In this document: piece by piece, positions 19,401-28,860 of the stretch | Layout of the letters: every line of letters begins with the position of its first letter | How positions within the stretch are numbered: position 1 is the first letter of the stretch | Origin: a virus | DNA: 64,000 nt | Virus record (IMG/VR): IMGVR_UViG_3300036770_005052 | Coordinates: 64,001-128,000 of that record | Direction: 5' to 3' (one strand) | Program-made: the position numbers and the translations under genes | The notes under the pieces: model-generated | Databases searched by the model: none | What the model saw: only the letters and a program-made list of their open reading frames with translations | What the model was told of the DNA's origin: nothing

Positions 19401-22400
19401 GAGAGGGAGTTAATCTTGTCGGTATTGTAACCCAGTTAGTTCCTGGAATTGGTATTGACATTACTAGCACACAAAATCCAGGAAAGGGTGTAGTCAAGGT
19501 AGATGCATACAGACCTGTTGGTAAAACAATATACGTATCTCAAAATGGTGATGATAATAATACTGGATTAGCAGAAAATTATCCAAAGAGAACTATAAAA
19601 GCTGCAGCTTCTGTTGCCTTATTTGGTGATACAATTAAAGTTTTCCCCGGATCATATGTAGAAGATAACCCAATTGTATTATCAAAAACAGTATCAGTTG
19701 AAGGCACTGAACTTAGAAACTGTGTAGTTACTCCAAGAAATTTAAATCAAGATTTATTCCATGTTAATAATGGTTGCCATATTACTGATGCGAGTTTTAT
19801 TGGCGCTCCCATGACAAATGGAGCTGCTGCTGTTGCTCTTCAACCATTGTCAGGAGTTGCGACTGATAGATTTTTTGATGCGGCAAGAATGATTCGTTTT
19901 AATTTGGATTATATTGCTCAAGAATCTGTTGGATTCTTGACAAGTGGATTTAGTGGATTTGCAGGTAGTCATAGGGAGCAAGATGCAGCTAAACTTATTG
20001 ATTCTAACTTAAATTATATTTCAAGCGAAGCAGTCGGATTCTTAACATCTCCTTCTGGATATAACTTTACTTTAAACAATAGTGATTATACCAACTGTAG
20101 AGAGGATATTGTCAGCATTATGCAGGCAGTTTCTTATGATTTGAAAGCAAATAGTAATCGCAAATCAATCGGAGCAGGTTATTCTTACTTTAATAACTCG
20201 GGTGGATTAATTCATATTACTGGAGTTGGTGTTTCTGAGGCAACTATTGCCACACTCGATTATGCAGCTGGAATTGCAACTTATATTATCAATAATCAAA
20301 CACCTCCAATTTCTTATCAGGGAGTGGGTAATAGTATACCACAAGTTAAAAATCTTTCAGTAATTCAAGTAGAAGGTGGGTGTGTAGGTGTAGGTACGAC
20401 TATTGGACAATTAGTTGGAATTGTAACTAATATGATTGGTGCAGGAACGACATTAAATGCACCTTCAGTGAGATATGGAGTTACATTAGAAAGTCAAGAT
20501 TGTGCTGACGATATTAAGAGTATATGGAAGTGTATAATTTTTGATATTACTAGAGGAGGAAATTCAAAATCTGTTTCGGCTGGAAGTGCATATTATGATG
20601 AGGAATGGAATTTGAAATCTGGAATCTTAAAAAATCCAGATGAAGTTAAACAAACTATAGCTACTATAGATTATTCTTTTAACGTCGCAAGAGCAATAAT
20701 TAACAATTGCTCTTGGGGAGGATATCCCGTAGGTCTAGGGACAATAGTTGTAAATGCATCATATAATGAAAATACAGGCATTACTACAATAACTGCAATA
20801 AATCATGGATTATCAAATAATGACCCAGTTAAAATTGTTGGTTTAGGGTTTACTTGTCCATCAGGTCCAGGTACAATAATATATCCTAGCGGAACTTATG
20901 GTTATGTCTTCCCTGTAAAAAATGTTTTAAATTCTGATACTTTTGAAGTAGTTGTTGGACAATCTACATTACCACACACGTATGTTTCTGGTGGAACTGC
21001 TCAAAAGTATACTAGTTTCCAAACAAAATTTACGCAAGTTAAAGATCTTGCAATGCAAGTTGATTCTGAAACTGGATTTAATAATGTAATTACTTCTTGT
21101 TCGGATGTTGCATCTGCACTTAAAACATGTATAGGTATAGTAACTTCTATTGTTGGATTTGGTTCAACTGCATTTTCATATGTTGGATTTAATACAACAT
21201 ATCCTGGAAATAGAGGTAAGGGATTTGATACTATTGTTGGTGTTACAAGCGCATTGTATGAAGAAACATCTGGAAAGACTACAATTAAAGCTCCTGGACT
21301 ACCAGTCAAGGTTGGCGATTTAATTGAAGTTAGAAATCTCACATTCTCTTGTTCATCTGGGGGACCAACATTAACACAAAAATTCCCATCAGGTTATTAT
21401 GGATATGAATTTTATATTACTAAAATTAATCAAGATGAGTCATTTGAAATTTACACTGGAGTAAGTACTATTCCTCATACATATGTTTCTGGTGGTTATG
21501 TCATAAATCGTACAATAGGCGTCACAACTGCTCAATATGATAATATCACAGGAATTACTACAATTACTGCACCTGGTTTAATTGTTAAGACAGGGGATAT
21601 AATTACGTTAAGAGATTTAGAATTCTCATGTTCAAGTGGTGCGGGAACAACTACTTTGTATCCTACAGGAAATAGAGGATATGCTTTTGAAGTTTTATCT
21701 ACAGTCAATGAAAAAGATACTTTTACTGTAAATGTAGGATCATCAACTATTCCGCACAATTATGTTTCTGGAGGAGTTGTTATTCCACCTTACTCTAAGG
21801 GTGTTGGTCCAATCACACAAGGTCCATATGTAAGAAATTGCACCAACTTTATAGCAGATAGTATTGGAATGAAAGTTGATGGTTTCTCTGCTGAGCCAGG
21901 AGATCAAGATGATATCGGTGTTACTGGAACAATGAGTGTTGACTCATACACCCAATATAATCAAGGTGGTATTGGAGTTTCTATCACAAATGGTGCATAT
22001 ACCCAATTAGTTTCTATCTTTACAATCTGCGATGACATTGGAATCTTTACAAAGTCTGGTGGACAGTGTGATATTACAAACTCAAATTGTTCTTTTGGTA
22101 ATTATGGTCTAGTATCAGATGGTGTTGGCGATTACACTACTAAGTCAATATATAGATTTACTGGAGAAGTTGTTGAGGACACTGAAGAAGAAACAGCAAC
22201 GGTTGTTATTTCAGGAGTCGGTACTTATAGACCTTATGATGGTCAAGCAATATATTTTGGAGAACTATACTATCAGGTAAATACAATTAATGTTACCAAT
22301 GGTGGAAATGGTTACAATCCAGATAATCCACCAGTGGTTACAATTAGTTCTCCTGAAGGACCTAATGGAATTACTGCAGAAGCATCCGCAAATGTTAATG

Positions 22401-22912
22401 AATTTGGTCGCATATCATCAATTGATATCATCAGTAATGGTAGCCAATATTTAAATCCACCGTCAATTACTATAGATGGTAATGGAGGAGCCACTGCAGA
22501 AGCTGTTATGTATCCACTATACTACAGCATTGAATCCGCTTCACTCCCTTCAGCAGGAATTTCAACGGTGGTTCTGACACAAAATCTAAATAGTATTATT
22601 GGAGCAGGAACTACTGTTTATTTTTCCAGATTAAGTCTCCAAATTGCCACCTCAATATCACTTGAATGGGTTGGTTCTGGTACAAATATCAACACAGCAA
22701 AACCAGCATTAGGTGGAGTTACGATTCAAGCAAATGAAGTCGATAAGAGAAATGGTGGTCAAGTTGTTTATACAAGCACAAACCAAGCAGGTAACTTCCA
22801 AATTGGTGAAGGTATTGTTATCAACCAGCTTACTGGAACTATTAGTGGAAGATCCTTTAGTCAAAGTTTGTTAAATACAGTAACACCATTGATTATTGCT
22901 TTAGGTAGATAA
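16448..22912 (+). CDS. Large virion fibre protein: Mtd_N-like start, about 840 aa Gly-X-Gln collagen-like stalk, pectin-lyase-like C-terminal region
   Basis: 'W...N.IL.EG.LGVE.DT..FK.GDG.T.WN.LPY'; (G-X-Q)n; 'KTIYVS.NG.D.N.G', 'PYVRNCTNF'; three '...PH.YVSGG' repeats. Confidence 0.8.
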   Translation: MERDIEVFGNEVYFNERVTFYKNNFQSSKYQLSEIWESENEILPEGSLGVESDTNFFKFGDGATRWNDLPYASTNSIQGTQGLQGVGYQGSQGLQGNQGISGAFAGKGDQGTQGLQGSQGLQGSQGLQGSQGSQGLQGLQGNQGNQGNQGLQGNQGFQGGQGLQGFANQGSQGNQGLQGNQGIQGVQGFLSNFQGTQGIQGSQGFQGLQGNQGTQGNQGIQGRQGTQGNQGLQGNQGIQGLQGPLSNFQGTQGNQGTQGLQGLQGRQGLQGSIGSQGTQGFQGIQGNQGLQGLDGAFAGQGVQGLQGIQGRQGAQGLANQGVQGRIGSQGFQGIQGRQGAQGRQGTQGPLSNFQGTQGAQSSQGTQGLQGNQGTQGFQGIQGNQASQGRQGSQGLSTQGSQGIQGRQSAQGLQGLQGRQGSQGSQGLQGDQGTQGNQGLQGNQGLQGNQGNQGLQGNQGLQGNQGNQGLQGNQGVQGNQGLQGSQGTQGNQGLQGNQGLQGLQGNQGLQGNQGNQGLQGNQGLQGNQGLQGLQGLQGLQGRQGGQGVQGNQGLQGNQGLQGNQGLQANQGLQGLQGLQANQGLQGLQGLQGLQGLQGLQGLQGSLSNFQGTQGLQGNQGLQGPQGLSGEFAGQGTQGTQGLQGSQGLQGLQGLQGLQGPLSNFQGTQGLQGPLSNFQGTQGNQGLQGLQGLQGLQGLQGLQGNQGLQGTQGNQGLQGLQGLQGSLSNFQGTQGNQGAQATQGAQGTQANQGMQGLQGPLSNFQGTQGNQGVQGNQGLQGNQGTQGNQGLQGLQGSQGLQGMQGSQGLQGPLSNFQGTQGNQGTQGLQGLQGRQGSQGSQGLQGNQGNQGLQGRQGSQGTQGLQGSQGTQGLQGSQGTQGLQGIGIQGPQGTQGTQGLQGLQGIQGLQGLQGIPGSGIIFIQDENDLDKTFYPSFLEQTSGTTSTEYVSSEKLVFNPSSGSIGIGTSIITNTLTVAGTATATSYFGEGVNLVGIVTQLVPGIGIDITSTQNPGKGVVKVDAYRPVGKTIYVSQNGDDNNTGLAENYPKRTIKAAASVALFGDTIKVFPGSYVEDNPIVLSKTVSVEGTELRNCVVTPRNLNQDLFHVNNGCHITDASFIGAPMTNGAAAVALQPLSGVATDRFFDAARMIRFNLDYIAQESVGFLTSGFSGFAGSHREQDAAKLIDSNLNYISSEAVGFLTSPSGYNFTLNNSDYTNCREDIVSIMQAVSYDLKANSNRKSIGAGYSYFNNSGGLIHITGVGVSEATIATLDYAAGIATYIINNQTPPISYQGVGNSIPQVKNLSVIQVEGGCVGVGTTIGQLVGIVTNMIGAGTTLNAPSVRYGVTLESQDCADDIKSIWKCIIFDITRGGNSKSVSAGSAYYDEEWNLKSGILKNPDEVKQTIATIDYSFNVARAIINNCSWGGYPVGLGTIVVNASYNENTGITTITAINHGLSNNDPVKIVGLGFTCPSGPGTIIYPSGTYGYVFPVKNVLNSDTFEVVVGQSTLPHTYVSGGTAQKYTSFQTKFTQVKDLAMQVDSETGFNNVITSCSDVASALKTCIGIVTSIVGFGSTAFSYVGFNTTYPGNRGKGFDTIVGVTSALYEETSGKTTIKAPGLPVKVGDLIEVRNLTFSCSSGGPTLTQKFPSGYYGYEFYITKINQDESFEIYTGVSTIPHTYVSGGYVINRTIGVTTAQYDNITGITTITAPGLIVKTGDIITLRDLEFSCSSGAGTTTLYPTGNRGYAFEVLSTVNEKDTFTVNVGSSTIPHNYVSGGVVIPPYSKGVGPITQGPYVRNCTNFIADSIGMKVDGFSAEPGDQDDIGVTGTMSVDSYTQYNQGGIGVSITNGAYTQLVSIFTICDDIGIFTKSGGQCDITNSNCSFGNYGLVSDGVGDYTTKSIYRFTGEVVEDTEEETATVVISGVGTYRPYDGQAIYFGELYYQVNTINVTNGGNGYNPDNPPVVTISSPEGPNGITAEASANVNEFGRISSIDIISNGSQYLNPPSITIDGNGGATAEAVMYPLYYSIESASLPSAGISTVVLTQNLNSIIGAGTTVYFSRLSLQIATSISLEWVGSGTNINTAKPALGGVTIQANEVDKRNGGQVVYTSTNQAGNFQIGEGIVINQLTGTISGRSFSQSLLNTVTPLIIALGR
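16678..19190 (+). repeat. 9-bp-period CAAGGN NNN coding repeat (G-X-Q)n
   Basis: Directly visible; recurrent LSNFQGTQG interruptions. Confidence 0.95.
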
Positions 22913-22913
22913 A

Positions 22914-23276
22914 ATGGCAGCAGTAGCACTTAATAAATTCAGAACAATTAGAGTTGGTATAACCACCAATAATGTAGGAATATACACTTGTCCAATTGGT
23001 GTTGCTTCCATTGTTATTTTGTCTCAAGTTACAAATATTTCAACTGGAGCCGCAACAAGTACATACACTGTTACTGCTTATCATTCTCGCTCAAAGGAAG
23101 CTCCAAATACAGATTATAAATTTGCAAATGCGGTCCCAATTCCACCAAATGATAGTTATACTTTAGTTTCTGATGGAAGATTGGCATTAGAAACTAATGA
23201 TGTAATTAAAGTTCAGAGCAATGCAAATGGAGCATTAACTTTGCTTTTAAGTGTTTTAGAAACTGCAAAACAATAA
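22914..23276 (+). CDS. Small virion-associated beta protein
   Basis: 'LNKFRT', 'YTCP.GV.SIVIL.QV.N', 'L.LE..D', 'SVLETA' pattern; located between fibre genes. Confidence 0.6.
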   Translation: MAAVALNKFRTIRVGITTNNVGIYTCPIGVASIVILSQVTNISTGAATSTYTVTAYHSRSKEAPNTDYKFANAVPIPPNDSYTLVSDGRLALETNDVIKVQSNANGALTLLLSVLETAKQ

Positions 23277-23285
23277 TTAAGATTT

Positions 23286-26200
23286 ATGGTAAGATATAAT
23301 TCTGGAAGAGTAAGAAAATTTGATCAAACAGGTATAACCTCAGATCGATATCAATTTTTGGGTTTAGAGCAAGCAGAACCAGATTTAGGTGATCCTATAG
23401 TTGGAGTATCTTCTGTCATCGCAAATCCAGCTCCTCCAGGAGATCAATATGTATTAGCGGCAGTTGATGGGCAAGTTGGAAAAAGATATTGGTTAAAAAG
23501 TACCAATCTTGTAGGAATTGGATCCACAGGAACTCAAGGAACTGCTGGTCCTCCTGGATCACAAGGAGTTCAAGGCTCACTCAGTAATTTTCAAGGAACT
23601 CAAGGTAGGCAAGGAACTCAAGGTAATCAAGGTCTTCAAGGGAATCAAGGAATTCAAGGAGTTCAAGGATTCTTAAGTAACTTCCAAGGAACGCAAGGCA
23701 ATCAAGGTTCTCAAGGAACTCAAGGTAATCAAGGTCTTCAAGGAACACAAGGTAATCAAGGTCTTCAAGGAACTTCTGGAAATCAAGGTTCTCAAGGTCT
23801 ACAAGGAAATCAAGGAGTTCAAGGTGTTCAGGGATTTTTAAGTAATTTCCAAGGAACACAAGGAAATCAAGGTTCTCAAGGTCTACAAGGAAATCAAGGT
23901 ACTCAAGGTCTACAAGGGTCAATTGGTTCTCAAGGAACTCAAGGATTCCAGGGAATACAGGGTAATCAAGGTACTCAAGGTCTACAAGGGTCAATTGGTT
24001 CTCAAGGAACTCAAGGATTCCAGGGAATACAAGGAAATCAAGGTCTCCAAGGTAATTTTGGTAATCAAGGAGTACAAGGAGCACAAGGATCTCAAGGAGT
24101 TCAAGGACCTAATGGATCTTTTGGTGCGAAAGGTGATCAAGGAGTGCAAGGTCTCCAAGGGTTACAAGGAACATCAGTTCAAGGGTCTCAGGGTGCTCAG
24201 GGAGTTTTAAGCAATTTCCAAGGAACTCAGGGTAATCAAGGTATTCAAGGTTCTCAAGGAATGCAAGGAGCTCAGGGAGTTCAAGGATTCTTGAGCAATT
24301 TCCAAGGAACTCAGGGTAATCAAGGTCTTCAAGGGAATCAAGGAATTCAAGGAGTTCAAGGATTCTTAAGTAACTTCCAAGGAACGCAAGGTATTCAAGG
24401 TTCTCAAGGTTCTCAAGCAACTCAAGGTGTTCAAGGAGCACAAGGTTCAATTGGTCCTCAAGGATTTCAAGGACTTCAAAGTTCTCAAGGAATGCAAGGT
24501 AATATTGGTAATCAAGGTGGACAAGGACTTCAAGGTTTACAGGGAACCCAAGGATTTAGTGGATCCACAGGTTCTAAAGGAGATCAAGGTGCTCAAGGTC
24601 TTCAAGGATTACAGGGATCACAGGGTAATCAAGGATTATCAAATCAAGGACCTCAAGGTCCTCAAGGTTCTCAAGGTTCTCAAGGATTACAAGGTTCTCA
24701 AGGAACACAAGGGTTTACTGGAGGTGAAGGAAGACAAGGAGCTCAAGGACCCCAAGGTGTTCAAGGATTAAGTGGAGGTGAAGGAAGACAAGGAGCTCAG
24801 GGACCCCAAGGTGTTCAAGGTGTTCAAGGTCTTCAAGGTTTTAGTGGTAATGTCGGATCAAAGGGTGATCAGGGCGCTCAAGGTGTTGGAGCACAGGGTA
24901 CTCAAGGTCTTCAAGGTTTCAGTGGTAGTATTGGTGGAAAAGGTGACCAAGGAGCACAAGGGATTCAAGGTGTTCAAGGTCTTACTGGAATTTCACCATT
25001 AACATCAGCAAGTCTTGCTGTCATTGATGCCGCAGTTTCTTCTACAATCAATTTGGGATCTGGAGCAAGACTATCAACGGTTGCTAGTGTCAGTGCAATG
25101 GCAACCAGAACTGAAGTTCCTGGTTCAACTTCAATTGTAGTGTTTGATGGAAATGGAAATAGATCTGCAACAACTGCAGGAAAATATTATTTGTCTGCTG
25201 TTTCCAAATTGTTCTATTGGGTAAATCGTGGTGGTGGTGGATGGGGAGATGACCCAGCTGGTACTACAGTTGAATTGCAGTTTTCTTATGATGGTTCTAC
25301 AGGATGGACAGCTTTAGATCAAGTTACAACTTCAATAGTATCTTCCAATAATACTTGGATTCAAAGAGAAATTATATTGTCTAATTTTTCAGGATCTCAA
25401 TATTATAATGGTGTTTATCTAAGATTTGTTCAATCTCCATTATCAAGATCTAGTAATGTTGATACTTGGGCATTTACTTCCGTAATTTATCAAGCAGGAT
25501 CTGCAGGTGGTGGTGGTTCTACATCCACAGGATCTAATTCTTTGGCAGTCATGGATGTTTCATCAACATCTACAATTTCTCTTCCATCATACCCAAGCAC
25601 ATCAGGTGTAAGACTAACCACAGTTAGTGGCGTTACTGGAATGACATCCAGAACTGAAGTTCCTGGTTCAACTCCAATTGTAGTATTTGATGGAAATGGA
25701 ATTGCAAATTCCACAAGAACAGTAACATTACCAAATAGGGTTTATTTGTCAACTGTTAATAAACTTTATTATTGGGTTATTAAAGGTGGTGGTGGATGGG
25801 GTGATGAACCTTTTGATACTTTGTCATTACAATATTCTTATGATGGTACTAATTGGTTAGGTACTATTGATTCTACAGCTTATCAAGATATTTTATCTAC
25901 AAATACATGGACTCAAAAGTCTGTAACAGTTCCTGCAGCCGCCAAATATTATAATGGTGTTTACTTAAGATTTTCGCAACCTGGTTATAATACATCTAGT
26001 ACTTATAGAAGTTGGGCTATAACTTCTATTATACCTGATTTTGGTGCTGCTGGTGGGGGAAGTTCTGGTGGATCAACTTCTCTTGCTTTAGTTGATTTAT
26101 CATCTTCAAATAATTTTGATTTTCCAACCCCTCAGCCTGGAGCTAGATTAACAACAGTTTCCGCTGTTACTGGAATGGCAACCAGAACTGAAGTTCCTGG

Positions 26201-28160
26201 TTCAACTCCAATTGTAGTATTTGATGGCAATGGTTTTTATGGTTCAACTAGAACAGCTACAATTAAAAATAAAGTATTTCTTGCTAACGTTGATAAAGTT
26301 TATTATTGGGTTATTAAAGGCGGTGGTGGATGGGGCGATGAACCTTTTGATACTTTATCATTACAATATTCGATTGATGGAACTGCTTGGTCAGCTACTA
26401 TTGACTCTACAAATTATTCAGATATTTTATCTACAAATAGTTGGACTCTAAAGTCTGTAACAGTTCCTGCAGGTGCCAAATATTATAATGGTGTTTACTT
26501 AAGATTTTCACAACCTGGTTATAATACATCTAGTGTTTATAGAAGTTGGGCATTTACTTCAGTTTTATTTGATTTAAACAGTATATCTTCATCAGGATCT
26601 GGAAAATCTACATCATTTGCTTTGATGGATTTATCATCTTCATCTAATATTATTTTCCCAACTCCTCAACCTGGAACTAGATTAACGACAGTTGGTAGTG
26701 TTACTGGAATGGCAACCAGAACTGAAGTGCCATCTTCAACACCAATTGTGGTATTTGACGGTAATGGTTTTTATGGTTCAACTAGATGGGTTTCAATACC
26801 AAATAAAGTCTTTTTAGGTGGTATGTCCAGACTATATTATTGGGTAAATCGTGGTGGTGGTGGATGGGGAGATACCCCCTATGACACTTTATCATTACAG
26901 TATTCAATTGATGGAACTACTTGGTCAGCCACTATTGATTCAATTTCACAAACAACTAGTTATGATGGTACAAGTGAAATTTCAAGTAATCAATGGACTT
27001 TAAGAGAAGTTGATATTCCACAAGGAGCCAAATATTATAATGGTGTTTACTTAAGATTTTCACAATCTACTTATAATACATCAAATGTATATTATACTTG
27101 GGCAGTAACTTCAATAGTTGCAACTATTAACGAATATGATCAATCTTATACACCAAGTACACTTAGTTTAATTGATCTCTTAAATCAAGATACTTTTAAT
27201 CTGACAAAACCACGTACAGCTGCAAGAATAACTACAGTTAGTGGTGTTGCTGGAATGGCAACCAGAACTGAAGTGCCATCTTCAACACCAATTGTGGTAT
27301 TTGGTGAGGCTGACTTATATCCTGGATTTTATGGTTCATCAAGAACATTAACAAATAGATCGAAAATTTTCCTCTCTAATGTTAATCAAGTTCAATTTTA
27401 TGTTAATAAAGGTGGATCTAATGGGGCTCAAACATGGGGTGATGAACCATTTTCATCATTATTTTTACAATATTCCGCCGATGGAATTACTTGGTCTACA
27501 CTTTATGAAGTAGTAAGGACTACAGTATCACCAAATACATGGACTCTTCAAACTGTCACAGTTCCAGCGGGAGCAAAATACTACAATGGAGTTTTCTTAA
27601 GATTCTCCCAACAATCTTATAATGCATCTTCTTCATATTACACATGGGCAGCTACATCAGTAGTGGCACTTCCATCATCTGGAACTTCTGGAACTATTAG
27701 TTATTCTGACGATACAACAACAAACAGTACATATTATCCATCCGTAATTTCCGCAACTAGTGGTGGTTCTTTAAGAATTTCTTCCACAAAACTAACATAC
27801 AACCCTTCAACTGGAAGACTTTCTTCAAGTAGTGTTTCTGACTCTAAAGGAGACTTAAGAACAATTCCAGTTAATGTGAAAAGTACTGGATATACACTAG
27901 TGCTTTCTGATGCTGGTAAGATTATATCAACATCTTCTGGAATAACAATTCCTACTAATGTCTTTAGTAGTGGAGATGCTATTAGTGTATTTAATAATTC
28001 AGCATCAACACAAACAATAACTGCAAGTTCCGTTACGATGTATTTTCCTGGTTATTCTTCAGCTTTTGGATCTATAACATTGGATGCGAGAGGTGTATGC
28101 ACAATTCTTTGTGTATCATCTAATGTTTTTGTAATTTCTGGTGCAGGATTGATACCATGA
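23286..28160 (+). CDS. Fibre protein: Gly-X-Gln collagen-like stalk, five reelin-like/Asp-box repeats, C-terminal fibre domain
   Basis: About 490 aa (G-X-Q)n then 5 x about 170 aa repeats with 'VVFDGNG..R', 'LQYS.DG..W', 'NGVYLRF.Q', 'WA.TS'. Confidence 0.8.
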   Translation: MVRYNSGRVRKFDQTGITSDRYQFLGLEQAEPDLGDPIVGVSSVIANPAPPGDQYVLAAVDGQVGKRYWLKSTNLVGIGSTGTQGTAGPPGSQGVQGSLSNFQGTQGRQGTQGNQGLQGNQGIQGVQGFLSNFQGTQGNQGSQGTQGNQGLQGTQGNQGLQGTSGNQGSQGLQGNQGVQGVQGFLSNFQGTQGNQGSQGLQGNQGTQGLQGSIGSQGTQGFQGIQGNQGTQGLQGSIGSQGTQGFQGIQGNQGLQGNFGNQGVQGAQGSQGVQGPNGSFGAKGDQGVQGLQGLQGTSVQGSQGAQGVLSNFQGTQGNQGIQGSQGMQGAQGVQGFLSNFQGTQGNQGLQGNQGIQGVQGFLSNFQGTQGIQGSQGSQATQGVQGAQGSIGPQGFQGLQSSQGMQGNIGNQGGQGLQGLQGTQGFSGSTGSKGDQGAQGLQGLQGSQGNQGLSNQGPQGPQGSQGSQGLQGSQGTQGFTGGEGRQGAQGPQGVQGLSGGEGRQGAQGPQGVQGVQGLQGFSGNVGSKGDQGAQGVGAQGTQGLQGFSGSIGGKGDQGAQGIQGVQGLTGISPLTSASLAVIDAAVSSTINLGSGARLSTVASVSAMATRTEVPGSTSIVVFDGNGNRSATTAGKYYLSAVSKLFYWVNRGGGGWGDDPAGTTVELQFSYDGSTGWTALDQVTTSIVSSNNTWIQREIILSNFSGSQYYNGVYLRFVQSPLSRSSNVDTWAFTSVIYQAGSAGGGGSTSTGSNSLAVMDVSSTSTISLPSYPSTSGVRLTTVSGVTGMTSRTEVPGSTPIVVFDGNGIANSTRTVTLPNRVYLSTVNKLYYWVIKGGGGWGDEPFDTLSLQYSYDGTNWLGTIDSTAYQDILSTNTWTQKSVTVPAAAKYYNGVYLRFSQPGYNTSSTYRSWAITSIIPDFGAAGGGSSGGSTSLALVDLSSSNNFDFPTPQPGARLTTVSAVTGMATRTEVPGSTPIVVFDGNGFYGSTRTATIKNKVFLANVDKVYYWVIKGGGGWGDEPFDTLSLQYSIDGTAWSATIDSTNYSDILSTNSWTLKSVTVPAGAKYYNGVYLRFSQPGYNTSSVYRSWAFTSVLFDLNSISSSGSGKSTSFALMDLSSSSNIIFPTPQPGTRLTTVGSVTGMATRTEVPSSTPIVVFDGNGFYGSTRWVSIPNKVFLGGMSRLYYWVNRGGGGWGDTPYDTLSLQYSIDGTTWSATIDSISQTTSYDGTSEISSNQWTLREVDIPQGAKYYNGVYLRFSQSTYNTSNVYYTWAVTSIVATINEYDQSYTPSTLSLIDLLNQDTFNLTKPRTAARITTVSGVAGMATRTEVPSSTPIVVFGEADLYPGFYGSSRTLTNRSKIFLSNVNQVQFYVNKGGSNGAQTWGDEPFSSLFLQYSADGITWSTLYEVVRTTVSPNTWTLQTVTVPAGAKYYNGVFLRFSQQSYNASSSYYTWAATSVVALPSSGTSGTISYSDDTTTNSTYYPSVISATSGGSLRISSTKLTYNPSTGRLSSSSVSDSKGDLRTIPVNVKSTGYTLVLSDAGKIISTSSGITIPTNVFSSGDAISVFNNSASTQTITASSVTMYFPGYSSAFGSITLDARGVCTILCVSSNVFVISGAGLIP
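23520..24990 (+). repeat. Second (G-X-Q)n collagen-like coding repeat
   Basis: Directly visible. Confidence 0.95.
25008..27675 (+). repeat. Five tandem domain repeats of about 530 bp
   Basis: 'ccagaactgaagt' (RTEVP) recurs five times at about 535 bp spacing. Confidence 0.9.
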
Positions 28161-28816
28161 GTATTCAGCAACTATTTTTTTCAGGTGGATTTAGTTTACA
28201 ATTACCTGATTTTATTTCTTCTGGATCAAAATTACCTGTTTATGGAACAAGTGGTGGTTCCTACCCTCCTCCTGGATGGGTTGGTGTTCAAAATGCTTCT
28301 GTTGATGATGGTTGGTTATCTATTTTTCTTCCATTTACATTTTATATTGCTGGAAATGGATACACTACAACCTATATAAGTTCAAATACCTATCTTACAT
28401 TTGGTTCTGGATCTGCCAGTTTTAGCGGATTATCTGCCTCAAATCCAGCTCTTCCAAAATTTATGTTTGGTGCTTTCGATAACTCTTTTCAAAGAGTTTC
28501 TAGATTCACTAGTGGAACCGATTATCAAAGAATTCGTTATGAAGGAACTGCCTCTACTATTGGTACTGTAGGTTCTCCAAATATTGTTCTTGAAATTACG
28601 TTATTTAATCCAGAAAATTATGGTGGATTAAATGTTCTCGAATTATTAACAGGGGATCATAACAGAACAGGAGGAGTAAGTCTTGTGGCAAATTCATCTA
28701 CAGCATACGCTACATATACTCAATCTCCTTTTAGAAGTTATGTATTTGTAGGAAATAGCAATGGAACATCATGGAAAATTTATACAGATTATTATGTAAA
28801 TAACACTGATTATTAA
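28157..28816 (+). CDS. Putative fibre-tip partner, NIDO-like beta domain
   Basis: 'DD.....LPF.F...G..Y....ISSN..LTFG'; ATGA-coupled to the fibre gene. Confidence 0.5.
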   Translation: MSIQQLFFSGGFSLQLPDFISSGSKLPVYGTSGGSYPPPGWVGVQNASVDDGWLSIFLPFTFYIAGNGYTTTYISSNTYLTFGSGSASFSGLSASNPALPKFMFGAFDNSFQRVSRFTSGTDYQRIRYEGTASTIGTVGSPNIVLEITLFNPENYGGLNVLELLTGDHNRTGGVSLVANSSTAYATYTQSPFRSYVFVGNSNGTSWKIYTDYYVNNTDY

Positions 28817-28831
28817 GCTAACTAGCACCTC

Positions 28832-28860
28832 TTGACAACCCTTCACAGATGCTATATAAT
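28832..28860 (+). promoter_or_regulatory. Consensus sigma70 promoter
   Basis: TTGACA-17 bp-TATAAT. Confidence 0.85.

Noticed and set aside
16638-25002. Long alternative-frame and antisense ORFs (LEDL.., KVFK.. proteins)
   Set aside because: By-products of the 9-bp periodic G-X-Q repeat lacking stops in other frames
16448-28816. Diversity-generating retroelement acting on fibre genes
   Set aside because: No reverse transcriptase and no non-coding template differing only at adenines; the repeats are in-frame domain duplications
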